A DNA stretch of 51,129 nucleotides from an uncultured Clostridia bacterium (GTDB lineage Bacteria > Bacillota > Clostridia > Oscillospirales > Oscillospiraceae). The stretch is taken from contig CAMAKJ010000001.1 of the NCBI GenBank assembly GCA_945836055.1, forward strand, positions 1 through 51,129. Direction: 5' to 3'. A program made the translations under genes and the position numbers. Position 1 is the first letter of the stretch, and the number at the start of each line of letters is the position of its first letter. Positions 35,397 through 44,783 of the stretch are shown here, piece after piece. The notes under the pieces were generated by a model. The model was not told where the DNA came from. It ran no database searches and saw only the letters and a program-made list of their open reading frames with translations.

Positions 35397-35421
35397 CCGC
35401 CCCGGAGCTTTCCGGGGCGGG
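35397..35421 (-). terminator. Hairpin/terminator after the his operon
   Basis: ccgccccgga-gctt-tccggggcgg, just past the hisIE stop. Confidence 0.7.
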
Positions 35422-35428
35422 TACTCCC

Positions 35429-36076
35429 CTACTTCGTCATTTTCTCCTGCTTGACCTTGTGGTCGATGATGTGGCGGCCGGCAAGCTCTTTGCGGATGTC
35501 CTCCACGGAAATGCCCAGCTGCACCATCAGCACCAGGACGTGGTAGGTTAAGTCGGCGATTTCGTAGATGGTCTCCGCTTTGTCCTCGGCCTTGCCAGCG
35601 ATGATGACCTCGGTGGACTCCTCGCCCACTTTCTTGAGAATTTTGTCCAGCCCCTTCTGGAAGAGATAGGTGGTGTAGGAGCCTTCCGGCAGATACCGTT
35701 TCCGTCCCTGGAGAAGCTGGTACAGCCCTTCCAGCTGGAATGTTTCTTCTGCTTCCCCGAAAATGGGGTTGTGGAAGCAGGAATCCGTCCCTTCATGGCA
35801 GGCTGGGCCGTCCTTCTTCACCCGCACCTCCAACGCGTCGTAATCGCAGTCAGCAGTTATGGAGACGATGTGCTGATAGTTGCCGCTGGTTTCCCCCTTC
35901 AGCCACAGTTCCTGCCGGGAACGGCTGAAAAAGCAGGTCAGCTTCTTTTCCAGAGAGATTTCCAGACTCTCCCGGTTCATGTAGGCAAGGGTCAGTACCC
36001 TGTCCGTCTCGTCGTCCACCACCACGGCGGGAATCAGTCCCTTTTCGTCGAATTTCAGTTTCTCAAGTTCCAACAT
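35429..36076 (-). CDS. hisIE: Bifunctional phosphoribosyl-AMP cyclohydrolase / phosphoribosyl-ATP pyrophosphatase
   Basis: [39 protein letters not shown]. Confidence 0.96.
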   Translation of the reverse strand: MLELEKLKFDEKGLIPAVVVDDETDRVLTLAYMNRESLEISLEKKLTCFFSRSRQELWLKGETSGNYQHIVSITADCDYDALEVRVKKDGPACHEGTDSCFHNPIFGEAEETFQLEGLYQLLQGRKRYLPEGSYTTYLFQKGLDKILKKVGEESTEVIIAGKAEDKAETIYEIADLTYHVLVLMVQLGISVEDIRKELAGRHIIDHKVKQEKMTK

Positions 36077-36077
36077 G

Positions 36078-36836
36078 TTATAACCTCACCAAAATATCGT
36101 TTTCCTTCAATGCCTGCTTCAGCTCCGGGATCCTGACCTGTCCAAAGTGGAATATGGAGGCCGCCAGCCCCGCGTCCACCTTGGGAAGGGTCTGGAACAG
36201 CTCGATAAAGTCCCCGATGCACCCCGCGCCGCCGGAGGCGATCACCGGCACATCCACAGCTTCGCTAACGGCTTCCAGCATGGGCAGATCAAAGCCCTGC
36301 CTGACCCCGTCGGTGTCGATGGAGTTGAGAACCACCTCCCCCGCGCCGTTGTCCACGCAGCGTTTGATCCAGGAGACGGCCTCCATGCCGGTGTCCTCCC
36401 GGCCGCCCTTGGCAAAGACCCGGAACTGCCCGTCCACCCGCTTGACGTCGGCGGAGAGCACCACGCACTGGTCGCCGTAGAGCCGGGCGGCGGCGCGCAC
36501 CAGATCCGGGTCCCGGATGGCGCCGGAGTTGACGCTGACCTTGTCCGCGCCGCATTTTAAGACCCGGTCAAAGTCCTCCAGCGTGTTGATACCGCCGCCC
36601 ACCGTCAACGGAATGAAAATGGTGGCGGCAACCTCTCGCAGAACGTCGGTAAAGAGCTTGCGCCCCTCGGCGGAGGCGGTGATGTCGTAAAATACCAGTT
36701 CGTCCGCGCCGTTGTCGGAGTAGTACTTCCCCAGCTCCACCGGGGAGGATACGTCCCGCAGCCCCTGAAAATTGGTGCCCTTGACCACCCGCCCGCTGCG
36801 GACATCCAGGCAGGGGATAATCCGTTTGGTAATCAC
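36078..36836 (-). CDS. hisF: Imidazole glycerol phosphate synthase cyclase subunit
   Basis: [40 protein letters not shown]. Confidence 0.97.
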   Translation of the reverse strand: MITKRIIPCLDVRSGRVVKGTNFQGLRDVSSPVELGKYYSDNGADELVFYDITASAEGRKLFTDVLREVAATIFIPLTVGGGINTLEDFDRVLKCGADKVSVNSGAIRDPDLVRAAARLYGDQCVVLSADVKRVDGQFRVFAKGGREDTGMEAVSWIKRCVDNGAGEVVLNSIDTDGVRQGFDLPMLEAVSEAVDVPVIASGGAGCIGDFIELFQTLPKVDAGLAASIFHFGQVRIPELKQALKENDILVRL

Positions 36837-37546
36837 AGCGCCACCTCCACAGCTTGCTTCAAATCGATTGCGCCGGTGTAATAGGCCTTGCCGATGATGG
36901 CCCCGTACAGCCCCATGGCCTTCAGCGCCGCCACGTCCTCCAGAGACGAAACCCCGCCGGAGGCGATGAGCTGAATGGCAAATTGCTCCGAAAGCTGGCG
37001 GTACAGCCCCCGGTTGGTGCCCTGCATGGCGCCGTCCCGGGAGATGTCGGTACAGATGACGGTTTTGACGCCCAGCGCTTGCATACGCGCCAAAAAGGCG
37101 TCGGCGGTCAGCGCCGAGGTTTCCGTCCAGCCCTTGATGGCGACGTATCCGTCCTTCAGGTCCACGCCCACGGCGATTTTCTCCCCGTATCGGGACAGCG
37201 CTTCTTTCAGAAAAGCCGGGTCGCTGACGGCGGCGGTGCCCAGGATGACCCGATTCACGCCGATGGAAAGATACTGCTCCACCGCGTCCATGGTGCGGAT
37301 GCCGCCGCCTACCTCGGAAAACAGGGGCGCTGCATCCAGAATACGCCGAATGACGGCGAGATTGGCAGGGGCGCCGGTTTTCGCGCCCTCCAAATCCACC
37401 AGGTGGATGTGGGACGCGCCGGCGGCGGCAAAGTCCCTGGCAACGTCGGCGGGGCAGTCGCTGTAGACGGTCATTTGGGCGTAGTCGCCCTTATATAACC
37501 GCACGGCTTTGCCGCCGAAGAGATCGATGGCAGGATAAATGTCCAT
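36833..37546 (-). CDS. hisA: ProFAR isomerase
   Basis: IYPAIDL, HLVDLEGA, VGGGIR, TDISRDG. Confidence 0.96.
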   Translation of the reverse strand: MDIYPAIDLFGGKAVRLYKGDYAQMTVYSDCPADVARDFAAAGASHIHLVDLEGAKTGAPANLAVIRRILDAAPLFSEVGGGIRTMDAVEQYLSIGVNRVILGTAAVSDPAFLKEALSRYGEKIAVGVDLKDGYVAIKGWTETSALTADAFLARMQALGVKTVICTDISRDGAMQGTNRGLYRQLSEQFAIQLIASGGVSSLEDVAALKAMGLYGAIIGKAYYTGAIDLKQAVEVAL

Positions 37547-37556
37547 AGGCGTCCTC

Positions 37557-38159
37557 CTAAAGCGTGCAGAACCGGCGGAGAATGGAAAGTCCCACGTTTC
37601 CGCTCTTCTCCGGGTGGAACTGGCAGCCGAAAATGCTGTCCTTTTCCACCGCTGCGGTGATGGGAATGCCGTACTCCGTCACAGCGGCGAGAGAACCTTC
37701 GCAGCCGTCGGCGAAGAAGGAGTGGACGAAGTACACATATTCTCCGTCCGCCTCCCGGAGCAGCCTGCCGCCTTTCATTTCCAGGCGATTCCAGCCCATG
37801 TGGGGGATTTTCAGACCCTCGGGAAGCCGTCCTTCCATGGAAACGACCTGCCCCCGCAGAAGTCCCAGCCCCTCATGCTCACCGTATTCCTGGCTTTTTT
37901 CAAACAGCAGCTGCATCCCAAGGCAGATGCCCAGCAGGGGCTTTCCCGCTTCCGCCTGTGCCCGGACGAAGCTGTCCAGACCGGTGCTCCGGAGCTTTTC
38001 GGCGGCGTCGGCAAAGGCGCCCACCCCGGGGAGTACCAGCCGGTCTGCCCGGGACAGGGCCACCGCGTCCCCGCTGACGAAAGCGTCCTCCCCGATGGCC
38101 CGGAAGGAGGAGCGCAGGGAGAACAGGTTCCCCACGCCGTAGTCAATGATGCCGACCAT
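37557..38159 (-). CDS. hisH: Imidazole glycerol phosphate synthase glutaminase subunit
   Basis: IDYGVGNL, LPGVGAF, GICLGMQ, PHMGWN, QFHPEKS. Confidence 0.97.
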   Translation of the reverse strand: MVGIIDYGVGNLFSLRSSFRAIGEDAFVSGDAVALSRADRLVLPGVGAFADAAEKLRSTGLDSFVRAQAEAGKPLLGICLGMQLLFEKSQEYGEHEGLGLLRGQVVSMEGRLPEGLKIPHMGWNRLEMKGGRLLREADGEYVYFVHSFFADGCEGSLAAVTEYGIPITAAVEKDSIFGCQFHPEKSGNVGLSILRRFCTL

Positions 38160-38740
38160 CACAGAACCCCCTTTGTGGAGGGGATTTCGTCGGAGCCGTC
38201 GGCTGCTGCCGCCGTCTTCAGCGCCCGGGCGGCGGCTTTGAAGGCGCCTTCCACGATGTGGTGGGAATTTCTGCCGGCCAGCTGCTTTACGTGCAGACTC
38301 ATGGGGCAGTTTCGGACAAAGGCCAGGAAGAATTCCTCCACGAGCTCCGTGTCAAAGGTGCCGATTTTCTCGGAGGGAATGTCCAGGTCGAACACAAGGC
38401 AGCTGCGGCCGGAGATGTCCGAGGCGCAGAGAATCAGCGCCTCGTCCATGGGCAGCAGCATGGAGCCGTAGCGGGTGATCCCCCGCTTGTCCCCCAGTGC
38501 CTCCCGGAAGGCAGTGCCCAGGCAAATGCCGATGTCCTCCACGCTGTGATGGTCGTCCACCTGGGTATCCCCGGCGCACTTGACCGTGAGATCAAATTTT
38601 CCGTGGGCGGCGAAGAGGGTCAGCATGTGGTCAAGAAAGCCGCAGCCGGTATCGACGCTGCTTTTCCCCGTGCCGTCCAGGTTCAGAGACAGCTGAATGT
38701 CGGTTTCCGCGGTTTTGCGGTTTACTTCACAGGTTCTCAT
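38159..38740 (-). CDS. hisB: Imidazoleglycerol-phosphate dehydratase (monofunctional)
   Basis: RKTAETDI, FLDHML, DDHHSVED, NSHHIVE, PSTKGVL. Confidence 0.97.
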   Translation of the reverse strand: MRTCEVNRKTAETDIQLSLNLDGTGKSSVDTGCGFLDHMLTLFAAHGKFDLTVKCAGDTQVDDHHSVEDIGICLGTAFREALGDKRGITRYGSMLLPMDEALILCASDISGRSCLVFDLDIPSEKIGTFDTELVEEFFLAFVRNCPMSLHVKQLAGRNSHHIVEGAFKAAARALKTAAAADGSDEIPSTKGVL

Positions 38741-39798
38741 GGCGTGCCTCCCAAAATGTCTTTGATCGTGGCGATGAAGGTTTCCATCTGTTCCGGGGTG
38801 CCGATGGTGATGCGGTTATACTGGCAGATTCTCGGGTTCGTAAAATGCCGCACCAGAATGCCCCGCTGCTTCAGCTGGGCGTACAGTGTGCCGCCGTCTA
38901 TGGCGGGGGTGCGGGCGAAGAGGAAGTTGGCGGCGCTTGGCAGAACCGTAAAGCCCAGCCTCTCCAGCGCCTGCGCCGTCCATGCACGGGTGCGGATGAT
39001 ATTCGCGCACATGTCCGCATAGTAGTCATTGCAGTCCATGGTCACCTCTCCCAGCAGCAGGGTCAGACGGTTGATGTTGTAGGGGTTGGTGGAATATTTG
39101 ATCTTTTCCAGATCAGCGATGAGCGCGGGACTAGCAAAGGCGTAGCCCAGCCGCCCGCCGGCAAGGCACCGGGATTTGGAGAAGGTACGGGTTACAAGAA
39201 GGTTGTCGTATTTTGCAATCAGGGGCAGGCAGGTTTCCCCGCCAAAATCCACATAGGCTTCGTCAACGAGCACCACGGAATCCAGGTTGGACTTCACAAT
39301 TTCCTCTATTTCTGAAACCGGGACCGTCATGCCCGTGGGAGCGTTGGGGTTGGCGATGACCACCAGCTTCCCAAGACCGCAGTAATCCCGCCAGTCAACA
39401 GAAAAATCGTCCTTCAGAGGGATTTTCTCATACGGAATGCCGTACAGATCGCCGAACACCTCATAAAATCCGTAGGTGATGTCCGGAAACACCGCACCCT
39501 TGCCGCCGAAGGCCATGAAGGCGAAATTCAGCACCTCGTCAGAGCCGTTGGAGACGAATACGTTTTCCGGGGTGACGCCGTAGTGCGCCGCCAGTTTTTC
39601 CTTCAGGCCCTTGGCTGTGGGATCGGAGTACAGCCGAAGGCTCTCCACCTGCCCTGCCGTCATGGCGGCGACCACCTGGGGGGCGGGGGGATAGGGGGAT
39701 TCGTTGGTATTCAGCTTGATGTAGCGCATATCCCTGGGCTGTTCGCCGGGGGTGTAGGCCACCAGAGGCTGGTATTTTTCATCCAGAAACCGGCTCAT
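38737..39798 (-). CDS. hisC: Histidinol-phosphate aminotransferase
   Basis: YTPGEQP, KLNTNESPY, NGSDE, NPNAPTG, DEAYVDF, RTFSK. Confidence 0.96.
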   Translation of the reverse strand: MSRFLDEKYQPLVAYTPGEQPRDMRYIKLNTNESPYPPAPQVVAAMTAGQVESLRLYSDPTAKGLKEKLAAHYGVTPENVFVSNGSDEVLNFAFMAFGGKGAVFPDITYGFYEVFGDLYGIPYEKIPLKDDFSVDWRDYCGLGKLVVIANPNAPTGMTVPVSEIEEIVKSNLDSVVLVDEAYVDFGGETCLPLIAKYDNLLVTRTFSKSRCLAGGRLGYAFASPALIADLEKIKYSTNPYNINRLTLLLGEVTMDCNDYYADMCANIIRTRAWTAQALERLGFTVLPSAANFLFARTPAIDGGTLYAQLKQRGILVRHFTNPRICQYNRITIGTPEQMETFIATIKDILGGTP

Positions 39799-41075
39799 AC
39801 CTGTTCCTCTTTACGTACCATCACGCTCCGGCCGTGACCCTGCAGTCCTTCCTTCCGGGCAAAGCGGTCGATGTCCTCTGCCACTTTGGACAGGGCGTCC
39901 GGGGTATAGTAGGAAAACTGGCTCTTTTTCACAAAATCGTCCACGCTCAGGGGGCTGGAGAAACGGGCGGTGCCGGAGGTGGGCAGGGTGTGGTTGGGGC
40001 CGGCAAAGTAGTCTCCCAACGCCTCGGGGCAGCTGCGCCCCAGAAAAATGGAGCCGGCGTTTTTCACCGCGTCCAGATAGGCAAAGGGATCGTCCACCAT
40101 CAGCTCCAGGTGCTCCGGGGCAATCTCGTTGGCAATTTGAATACCCGTCATGAGGTCGGGTGCGACGATGATTTTGCCGTTGTTGTCAATGGATGCCCGG
40201 GCGATTTCCTCCCGGGGAAGGGTAAGCAGCTGCCGTTCAATCTCCGCACTGACGGCCTGGGCCAGGGGCTCGCTGTCCGTCACCAGTACGGCGCTGGCGA
40301 GACGGTCATGCTCCGCCTGGCTGAGCAGATCGGCAGCCACGTGGACGGGATTGCTCCTGCCGTCGGCAATGACCAGAATTTCGCTGGGCCCCGCGATCAT
40401 GTCGATGGCCACCCGGCCGAACACCTGCTTTTTGGCCTCCGCCACGAAGGCGTTGCCGGGGCCGACGATTTTGTCCACCTTGGGAATGGACTGGGTGCCG
40501 TAGGCCAGGGCGGCGATGGCCTGGGCACCGCCCACCTTGAACACCCGGTCAACCCCGGCGACGCTGGCCGCCGCCAGAATGGCGGGGCTGATTTTCCCGT
40601 CCTTACCCGGGGGCGTCACCATGACAATGCAGGGGCAGCCCGCGATTTTCGCGGGAATGGAGTCCATCAGCACCGTGGAAGGGTAGGCGGCGGTGCCGCC
40701 GGGGACATAGATACCCACCTTTTCAATGGGGGTCACCTTCTGCCCCAGCACGATGCCGGGACGGTCGGCGATTATAAAGCTGTTGCGCACCTGGCGGCTG
40801 TGGAACGCGCGGATATTCTCCGCCGCCTGCCGAAGCACAGCCAGGAATTCCGGCTCCACCAAGGCCAACGCCTCGTCCATTTCCTCCGGCGCGACAGTCA
40901 TGCTCTTTATAACCGCGCCGTCGAATTTTTCCGTATAGGCGGCGACGGCCTTGTCGCCGTTTTCCCGCACGTCCGCAAGAATCTCCGCAACCACCGCCGT
41001 CACGTCGGTTTTCGGCGTGACCCGGGCAAAGATCCGGGAATTGGGAACTTCTCCGTATTTCAGAATCTGAATCAT
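39795..41075 (-). CDS. hisD: Histidinol dehydrogenase
   Basis: YVPGGTA, GGAQAI, IDMIAGPSE, SQAEHD, APEHL, GPNHTLPT. Confidence 0.98.
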   Translation of the reverse strand: MIQILKYGEVPNSRIFARVTPKTDVTAVVAEILADVRENGDKAVAAYTEKFDGAVIKSMTVAPEEMDEALALVEPEFLAVLRQAAENIRAFHSRQVRNSFIIADRPGIVLGQKVTPIEKVGIYVPGGTAAYPSTVLMDSIPAKIAGCPCIVMVTPPGKDGKISPAILAAASVAGVDRVFKVGGAQAIAALAYGTQSIPKVDKIVGPGNAFVAEAKKQVFGRVAIDMIAGPSEILVIADGRSNPVHVAADLLSQAEHDRLASAVLVTDSEPLAQAVSAEIERQLLTLPREEIARASIDNNGKIIVAPDLMTGIQIANEIAPEHLELMVDDPFAYLDAVKNAGSIFLGRSCPEALGDYFAGPNHTLPTSGTARFSSPLSVDDFVKKSQFSYYTPDALSKVAEDIDRFARKEGLQGHGRSVMVRKEEQV

Positions 41076-41701
41076 TTTTCTCTCTCCACCTGCTTTTGCA
41101 GACTTTCCCGGATGGCGCCGATGGCACCGTCCTTGAATTGGAAACTTGCGATATTGGCAATGAGCCGGGCGCTGATGGGGACGATTTCCTCATACACCAC
41201 CAGATCGTTTTCCCGCAGAGTGGTGCCCGTTTCCACGATGTCCACGATGACGTGACTTAAGCCCAGAATCGGGGCCAGTTCGATGGAACCGTTGAGGTGG
41301 ATGATGTCGATGTCCCGGCATTTGCCGCTGTAGTAGCTCTGGGCGATGTTGGGGAATTTTGTGGCCACCTTCAGGGTCTGACCCATTGGCTCCCGGAAGT
41401 CCTTCTTTCCCGCCACCGCCATGCGGCATTTGCCCATGCGCAGATCCAGCAGCTCATACACATCCGGCTGGTATTCCAGCAGAATGTCCTTACCCACGAT
41501 GCCCAGATCCGCCGCGCCCCGCTCCACGTAAATCGCCACGTCCGAGGGCTTAACCCAGAAATAGCGAACGCCCTTTTCCGGGTTTTCGAAGATCAGCTTC
41601 CGGCCGGGCTGCTCCAGAGCCGGGCAGTCGTAGCCGCTTTCTTTTAACATGGCGTAGGCCTTTTCTCCCAAGCGTCCCTTGGGAAGGGCAATGTTAATCA
41701 T
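41072..41701 (-). CDS. hisG: ATP phosphoribosyltransferase, short form
   Basis: IALPKGRL, VATKFP, GSIELAP, DIVETGTTL; start MINIAL at 41701. Confidence 0.97.
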   Translation of the reverse strand: MINIALPKGRLGEKAYAMLKESGYDCPALEQPGRKLIFENPEKGVRYFWVKPSDVAIYVERGAADLGIVGKDILLEYQPDVYELLDLRMGKCRMAVAGKKDFREPMGQTLKVATKFPNIAQSYYSGKCRDIDIIHLNGSIELAPILGLSHVIVDIVETGTTLRENDLVVYEEIVPISARLIANIASFQFKDGAIGAIRESLQKQVEREK

Positions 41702-42764
41702 TCCGAATTGCCCCCTTCCGCAAATCCACCAGGCGCTTCCAGCGCCGCCGCTCCGGAGCAGCTCCGGCAACCAGAACGCTTCCGTCCTTTGCTGCAGCCT
41801 CCGCCGCCAAGGTCAAAGCGGCGGTGTCCGTGGTTCCGTCGTGAAGGATGAGGGTGTCCACGCTGTCGTCCGTTTCCTCCTGCCGGGCTTCCAGCAGATC
41901 CAGGTACACGGCAAAGCCGATGGCCCGGCAGTGCTTACCCATTTTTTCTGCCAGCTTGTCATACTGGCCGCCGGAGAGCACGCTGGCGGGAATCCCTTCC
42001 AGATACCCCCGGAACACCACGCCGCTGTAATAGCCCATGTCGCTGCCCACGGAGAAGTCCAGGCAGACGTTCCCGGCGCAGCCGCTGCCTTCCAGAACCC
42101 GCCACAGACCTTCCAGCTCGGAAAGGGCCTGCCGCTCTTCTTCCGTAGTCAGCACCCGGGATACTGTTTCCAGCACCTTCCGGTCGTTTCCCCGGCAGGC
42201 GGCAAGCTCACTCAGCTTTTTCCACGCATCGTCATTGCCGCCGCACAGCGCTTTCAATTCGTGTGTGTTCTTCCGCCGCAGGTATGCCAGCGCCTGCTTC
42301 TGCTCCACGGGGGTCAGACCGCAGCTGCTCAAAATCGCCGCCACCAGCCCCATGTGGGAGATATCCAGCACGAACCGTCCCCCCAGCAGTTGTAAGCTCT
42401 TCGCCGCCAGCAGCACCACCTCGGCGATTTCGTAATCCCCCAGGTCGCCCACGCATTCCAGCCCGGTCTGCATGATCTCCCGGTAATCCCGGTAGACGTT
42501 CTCATTATAGTAGAGCTTCTGCACCGCGCCGGGGGCGTCCGGGGCGTTTTTCACGATAGACAGCGTTACGTCCGGCTTCAGAGCCAGCAGCCGCCCGCCG
42601 CTGCCGGAAAAGGTGATGATCCGGTCGGACAGCAGAAAGTCCTTGTTGCGGACGTACAGATCGTATTCTTCAAACTGGCTCATTTTGTAGCCGACGTAGC
42701 CGTAGCGCCGGTACAGAGCGCGCAGGGCGAACACCGCCCGTTCTTCATTCTTGAGTAGTTCCAT
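41694..42764 (-). CDS. hisZ: ATP phosphoribosyltransferase regulatory subunit
   Basis: HisRS-like: LALKPDVTLSI, QTGLE, YYSGVVF, GGQYD, AIGFA; adjacent to short hisG. Confidence 0.92.
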   Translation of the reverse strand: MELLKNEERAVFALRALYRRYGYVGYKMSQFEEYDLYVRNKDFLLSDRIITFSGSGGRLLALKPDVTLSIVKNAPDAPGAVQKLYYNENVYRDYREIMQTGLECVGDLGDYEIAEVVLLAAKSLQLLGGRFVLDISHMGLVAAILSSCGLTPVEQKQALAYLRRKNTHELKALCGGNDDAWKKLSELAACRGNDRKVLETVSRVLTTEEERQALSELEGLWRVLEGSGCAGNVCLDFSVGSDMGYYSGVVFRGYLEGIPASVLSGGQYDKLAEKMGKHCRAIGFAVYLDLLEARQEETDDSVDTLILHDGTTDTAALTLAAEAAAKDGSVLVAGAAPERRRWKRLVDLRKGAIRND

Positions 42765-43059
42765 TCCCGATTTTTCCCGCTTCCTTCAGATTATCCAGAG
42801 CCGTGCGGTAGCCGCCGCCGTACTGCAGGCACCGGTTAACCCGGCTGATGGTGGCCGAGCTGGCGCCGGTGGCCTCCGAGACCGCCACATAGTTTTCGCC
42901 GCTGTCCAGCAGGCAGGCCACGCGAAACCGCTGGGACATGGCCTGCAGCTCCTTGATGGTTGACACGTCTTCAAAAAACAGCCGGCAGTCCTCCACCGTC
43001 CGCAGAGATAATATGGCTTCGTAAAACAGCTCGTCGCCGGGATGTCGAATGATACCCAT
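42745..43059 (-). CDS. YerC/YecD TrpR-like repressor (HisR)
   Basis: FFEDVSTIKEL...QRF-VA, TGASSATISRVNRCLQYG-GGY. Confidence 0.92.
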   Translation of the reverse strand: MGIIRHPGDELFYEAILSLRTVEDCRLFFEDVSTIKELQAMSQRFRVACLLDSGENYVAVSEATGASSATISRVNRCLQYGGGYRTALDNLKEAGKIGNGTTQE

Positions 43060-43089
43060 AATCCTGATTCCTTTCCTGAGGTTTGCTAT

Positions 43090-43118
43090 ACTTTACCACT
43101 TTAGCTTATTAAAGTCAA
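43090..43118 (-). promoter_or_regulatory. his operon promoter with HisR-type operator
   Basis: TTGACT-17 nt-TAAAGT; palindrome cACTTTAgcttatTAAAGTc at 43097-43116. Confidence 0.8.
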
Positions 43119-43211
43119 GAGGGCTTTCGGAAAAAGAGAGGAGAGAAAGGACTTGAATTTTTCGGACGGACAAATGTCCTTGAGATAAAAACTTTTTTTC
43201 GCCATGCGGTC

Positions 43212-43240
43212 TTGACCAACGGCGGCGGCGGTGCTAGAAT
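43212..43240 (+). promoter_or_regulatory. Sigma-A promoter of ilvE
   Basis: TTGACC-17 nt-TAGAAT with TG extension. Confidence 0.7.
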
Positions 43241-43274
43241 AGAAAAACCAAAACGATTCGGAGAGGTGTTTCCA

Positions 43275-44288
43275 ATGGAAAGAAAAAATCTTGACTGGGG
43301 CAACCTGGGGTTCGGTTATGTCCAGACCGATATGCGGTATGTCTCCAATTTCAAAAACGGCCAGTGGGACGACGGCTGCCTGACCGACCAGGCCAGCATC
43401 ACCATCAACGAGTGCGCCTGCGTTCTGCAGTACGCCCAGACCTGCTTTGAGGGCCTGAAGGCCTATACCACCGAGGACGGCCACATCGTCTGCTTCCGTC
43501 CCGACCTGAACGCCCAGCGGATGGCAAATTCCTGCCGCCGCCTGAAAATGCCCGTGTTCCCCGAGGAGCGGTTCGTCCAGGCTGTGGTGGAAACCGTCCG
43601 GGCCAACTCCCAGTGGGTGCCGCCCTACGGCTCCGGCGCGACGCTGTATGTCCGTCCCTTTATGTTCGGCAGCGACTCCATCATCGGCGTCAAGCCCGCC
43701 AATGAATATCAGTTCCGGGTGTTCGTCACCCCCGTCGGCCCCTACTTCAAGGGCGGCGTGAAGCCTCTGAAGCTGCGGATCTCCGACCTCGACCGGGCGG
43801 CCCCCAAGGGCACCGGCGACGTAAAGGCCGGCCTCAACTACGCCATGAGCCTGTATAACATTGTGGATGCCCACGAAAAGGGCTACGACGAGAACGTGTA
43901 CGTGGACTCCGCCACCCGCACCCACATCGAGGAAACCGGCGGCGCCAACGTCATTTTCGTGACTAGAGACGGCAAGCTGGTCACCCCGAAGTCTACCACC
44001 ATCCTGCCCTCCATCACTCGCCGCAGCCTGCTGTATGTGGCGAAGGAATATCTGGGGCTGGAAGTGGAGGAGCGCCCCGTTGCGCTGTCCGAAATCGGTG
44101 AGTTCGCCGAGTGCGGCCTGTGCGGCACCGCGGCGGTGATTTCTCCCGTGGGCACCATTGAAGACCACGGCAAGGAAATCCACTACGCCGGTATGGGCCC
44201 CACCATCCAGAAGCTCTACGATACCCTCACCGGTATCCAGATGGGCCGTCTGGAGGCCCCGGAAGGCTGGATTCAGGTCATCGAGTAA
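43275..44288 (+). CDS. ilvE: Branched-chain amino acid aminotransferase
   Basis: LDWGNLGFGY, YAQTCFEGLKAY, LYVRP, KAGLNYA, EETGGAN, ILPSITR, CGTAAVISP. Confidence 0.96.
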   Translation: MERKNLDWGNLGFGYVQTDMRYVSNFKNGQWDDGCLTDQASITINECACVLQYAQTCFEGLKAYTTEDGHIVCFRPDLNAQRMANSCRRLKMPVFPEERFVQAVVETVRANSQWVPPYGSGATLYVRPFMFGSDSIIGVKPANEYQFRVFVTPVGPYFKGGVKPLKLRISDLDRAAPKGTGDVKAGLNYAMSLYNIVDAHEKGYDENVYVDSATRTHIEETGGANVIFVTRDGKLVTPKSTTILPSITRRSLLYVAKEYLGLEVEERPVALSEIGEFAECGLCGTAAVISPVGTIEDHGKEIHYAGMGPTIQKLYDTLTGIQMGRLEAPEGWIQVIE

Positions 44289-44298
44289 GAATACACAG

Positions 44299-44324
44299 AA
44301 CGGCGGCCGCGTGGCCGCCGTTTT
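44299..44324 (+). terminator. Terminator after ilvE
   Basis: aacggcggcc-gcgt-ggccgccgtttt. Confidence 0.8.
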
Positions 44325-44422
44325 CATGGGTGCAGCTATTCAGAGTGCACAATGGAAACAAGCTAAATTTGTCGGATTTGCCTAAAAGCGTCTGACGGTG
44401 GGAGACTTTTGCGCTTCACCGC

Positions 44423-44451
44423 TTGACACAGATGGGAAGAAATGCTATAAT
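44423..44451 (+). promoter_or_regulatory. Consensus sigma-A promoter of the leu operon
   Basis: TTGACA-17 nt-TATAAT with TG extension. Confidence 0.88.
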
Positions 44452-44469
44452 CCACCCGAATTTAGGCAA

Positions 44470-44739
44470 ACGCAATGATGAGGAAAAAGCAGCTTCATTT
44501 CCGTGCCCAGAGAACTGCCGGTTGGTGCGAGGCAGCGGCGGAGGGAGCTGTATACTGGCCTCTGAGCGGCCGGACCGAACGGGAAACCCAGTAGGACGGA
44601 CGGAGCCCGACCGATACAGCGGGAGACGGTTGTCGGACCGTCATGAGCGGCCGCATTGGCGGCAAAAAGAGTGGTACCGCAAGGTTTTGTATGCAAAGCC
44701 CTGTCTCTTTACGGATGTAAGAGACAGGGCTTATTTTTT
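44470..44739 (+). promoter_or_regulatory. Leu-specific T-box riboswitch
   Basis: AGAGA and GGTGCGA stem I motifs, specifier CTG at 44555-44557, T-box AAAAAGAGTGGTACCGC at 44664-44680, terminator at 44697-44739. Confidence 0.92.
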
Positions 44740-44783
44740 GGAAGTCTTCCGGCTTCCCCACAAAAAGTAAGGAGACGAGTCAC

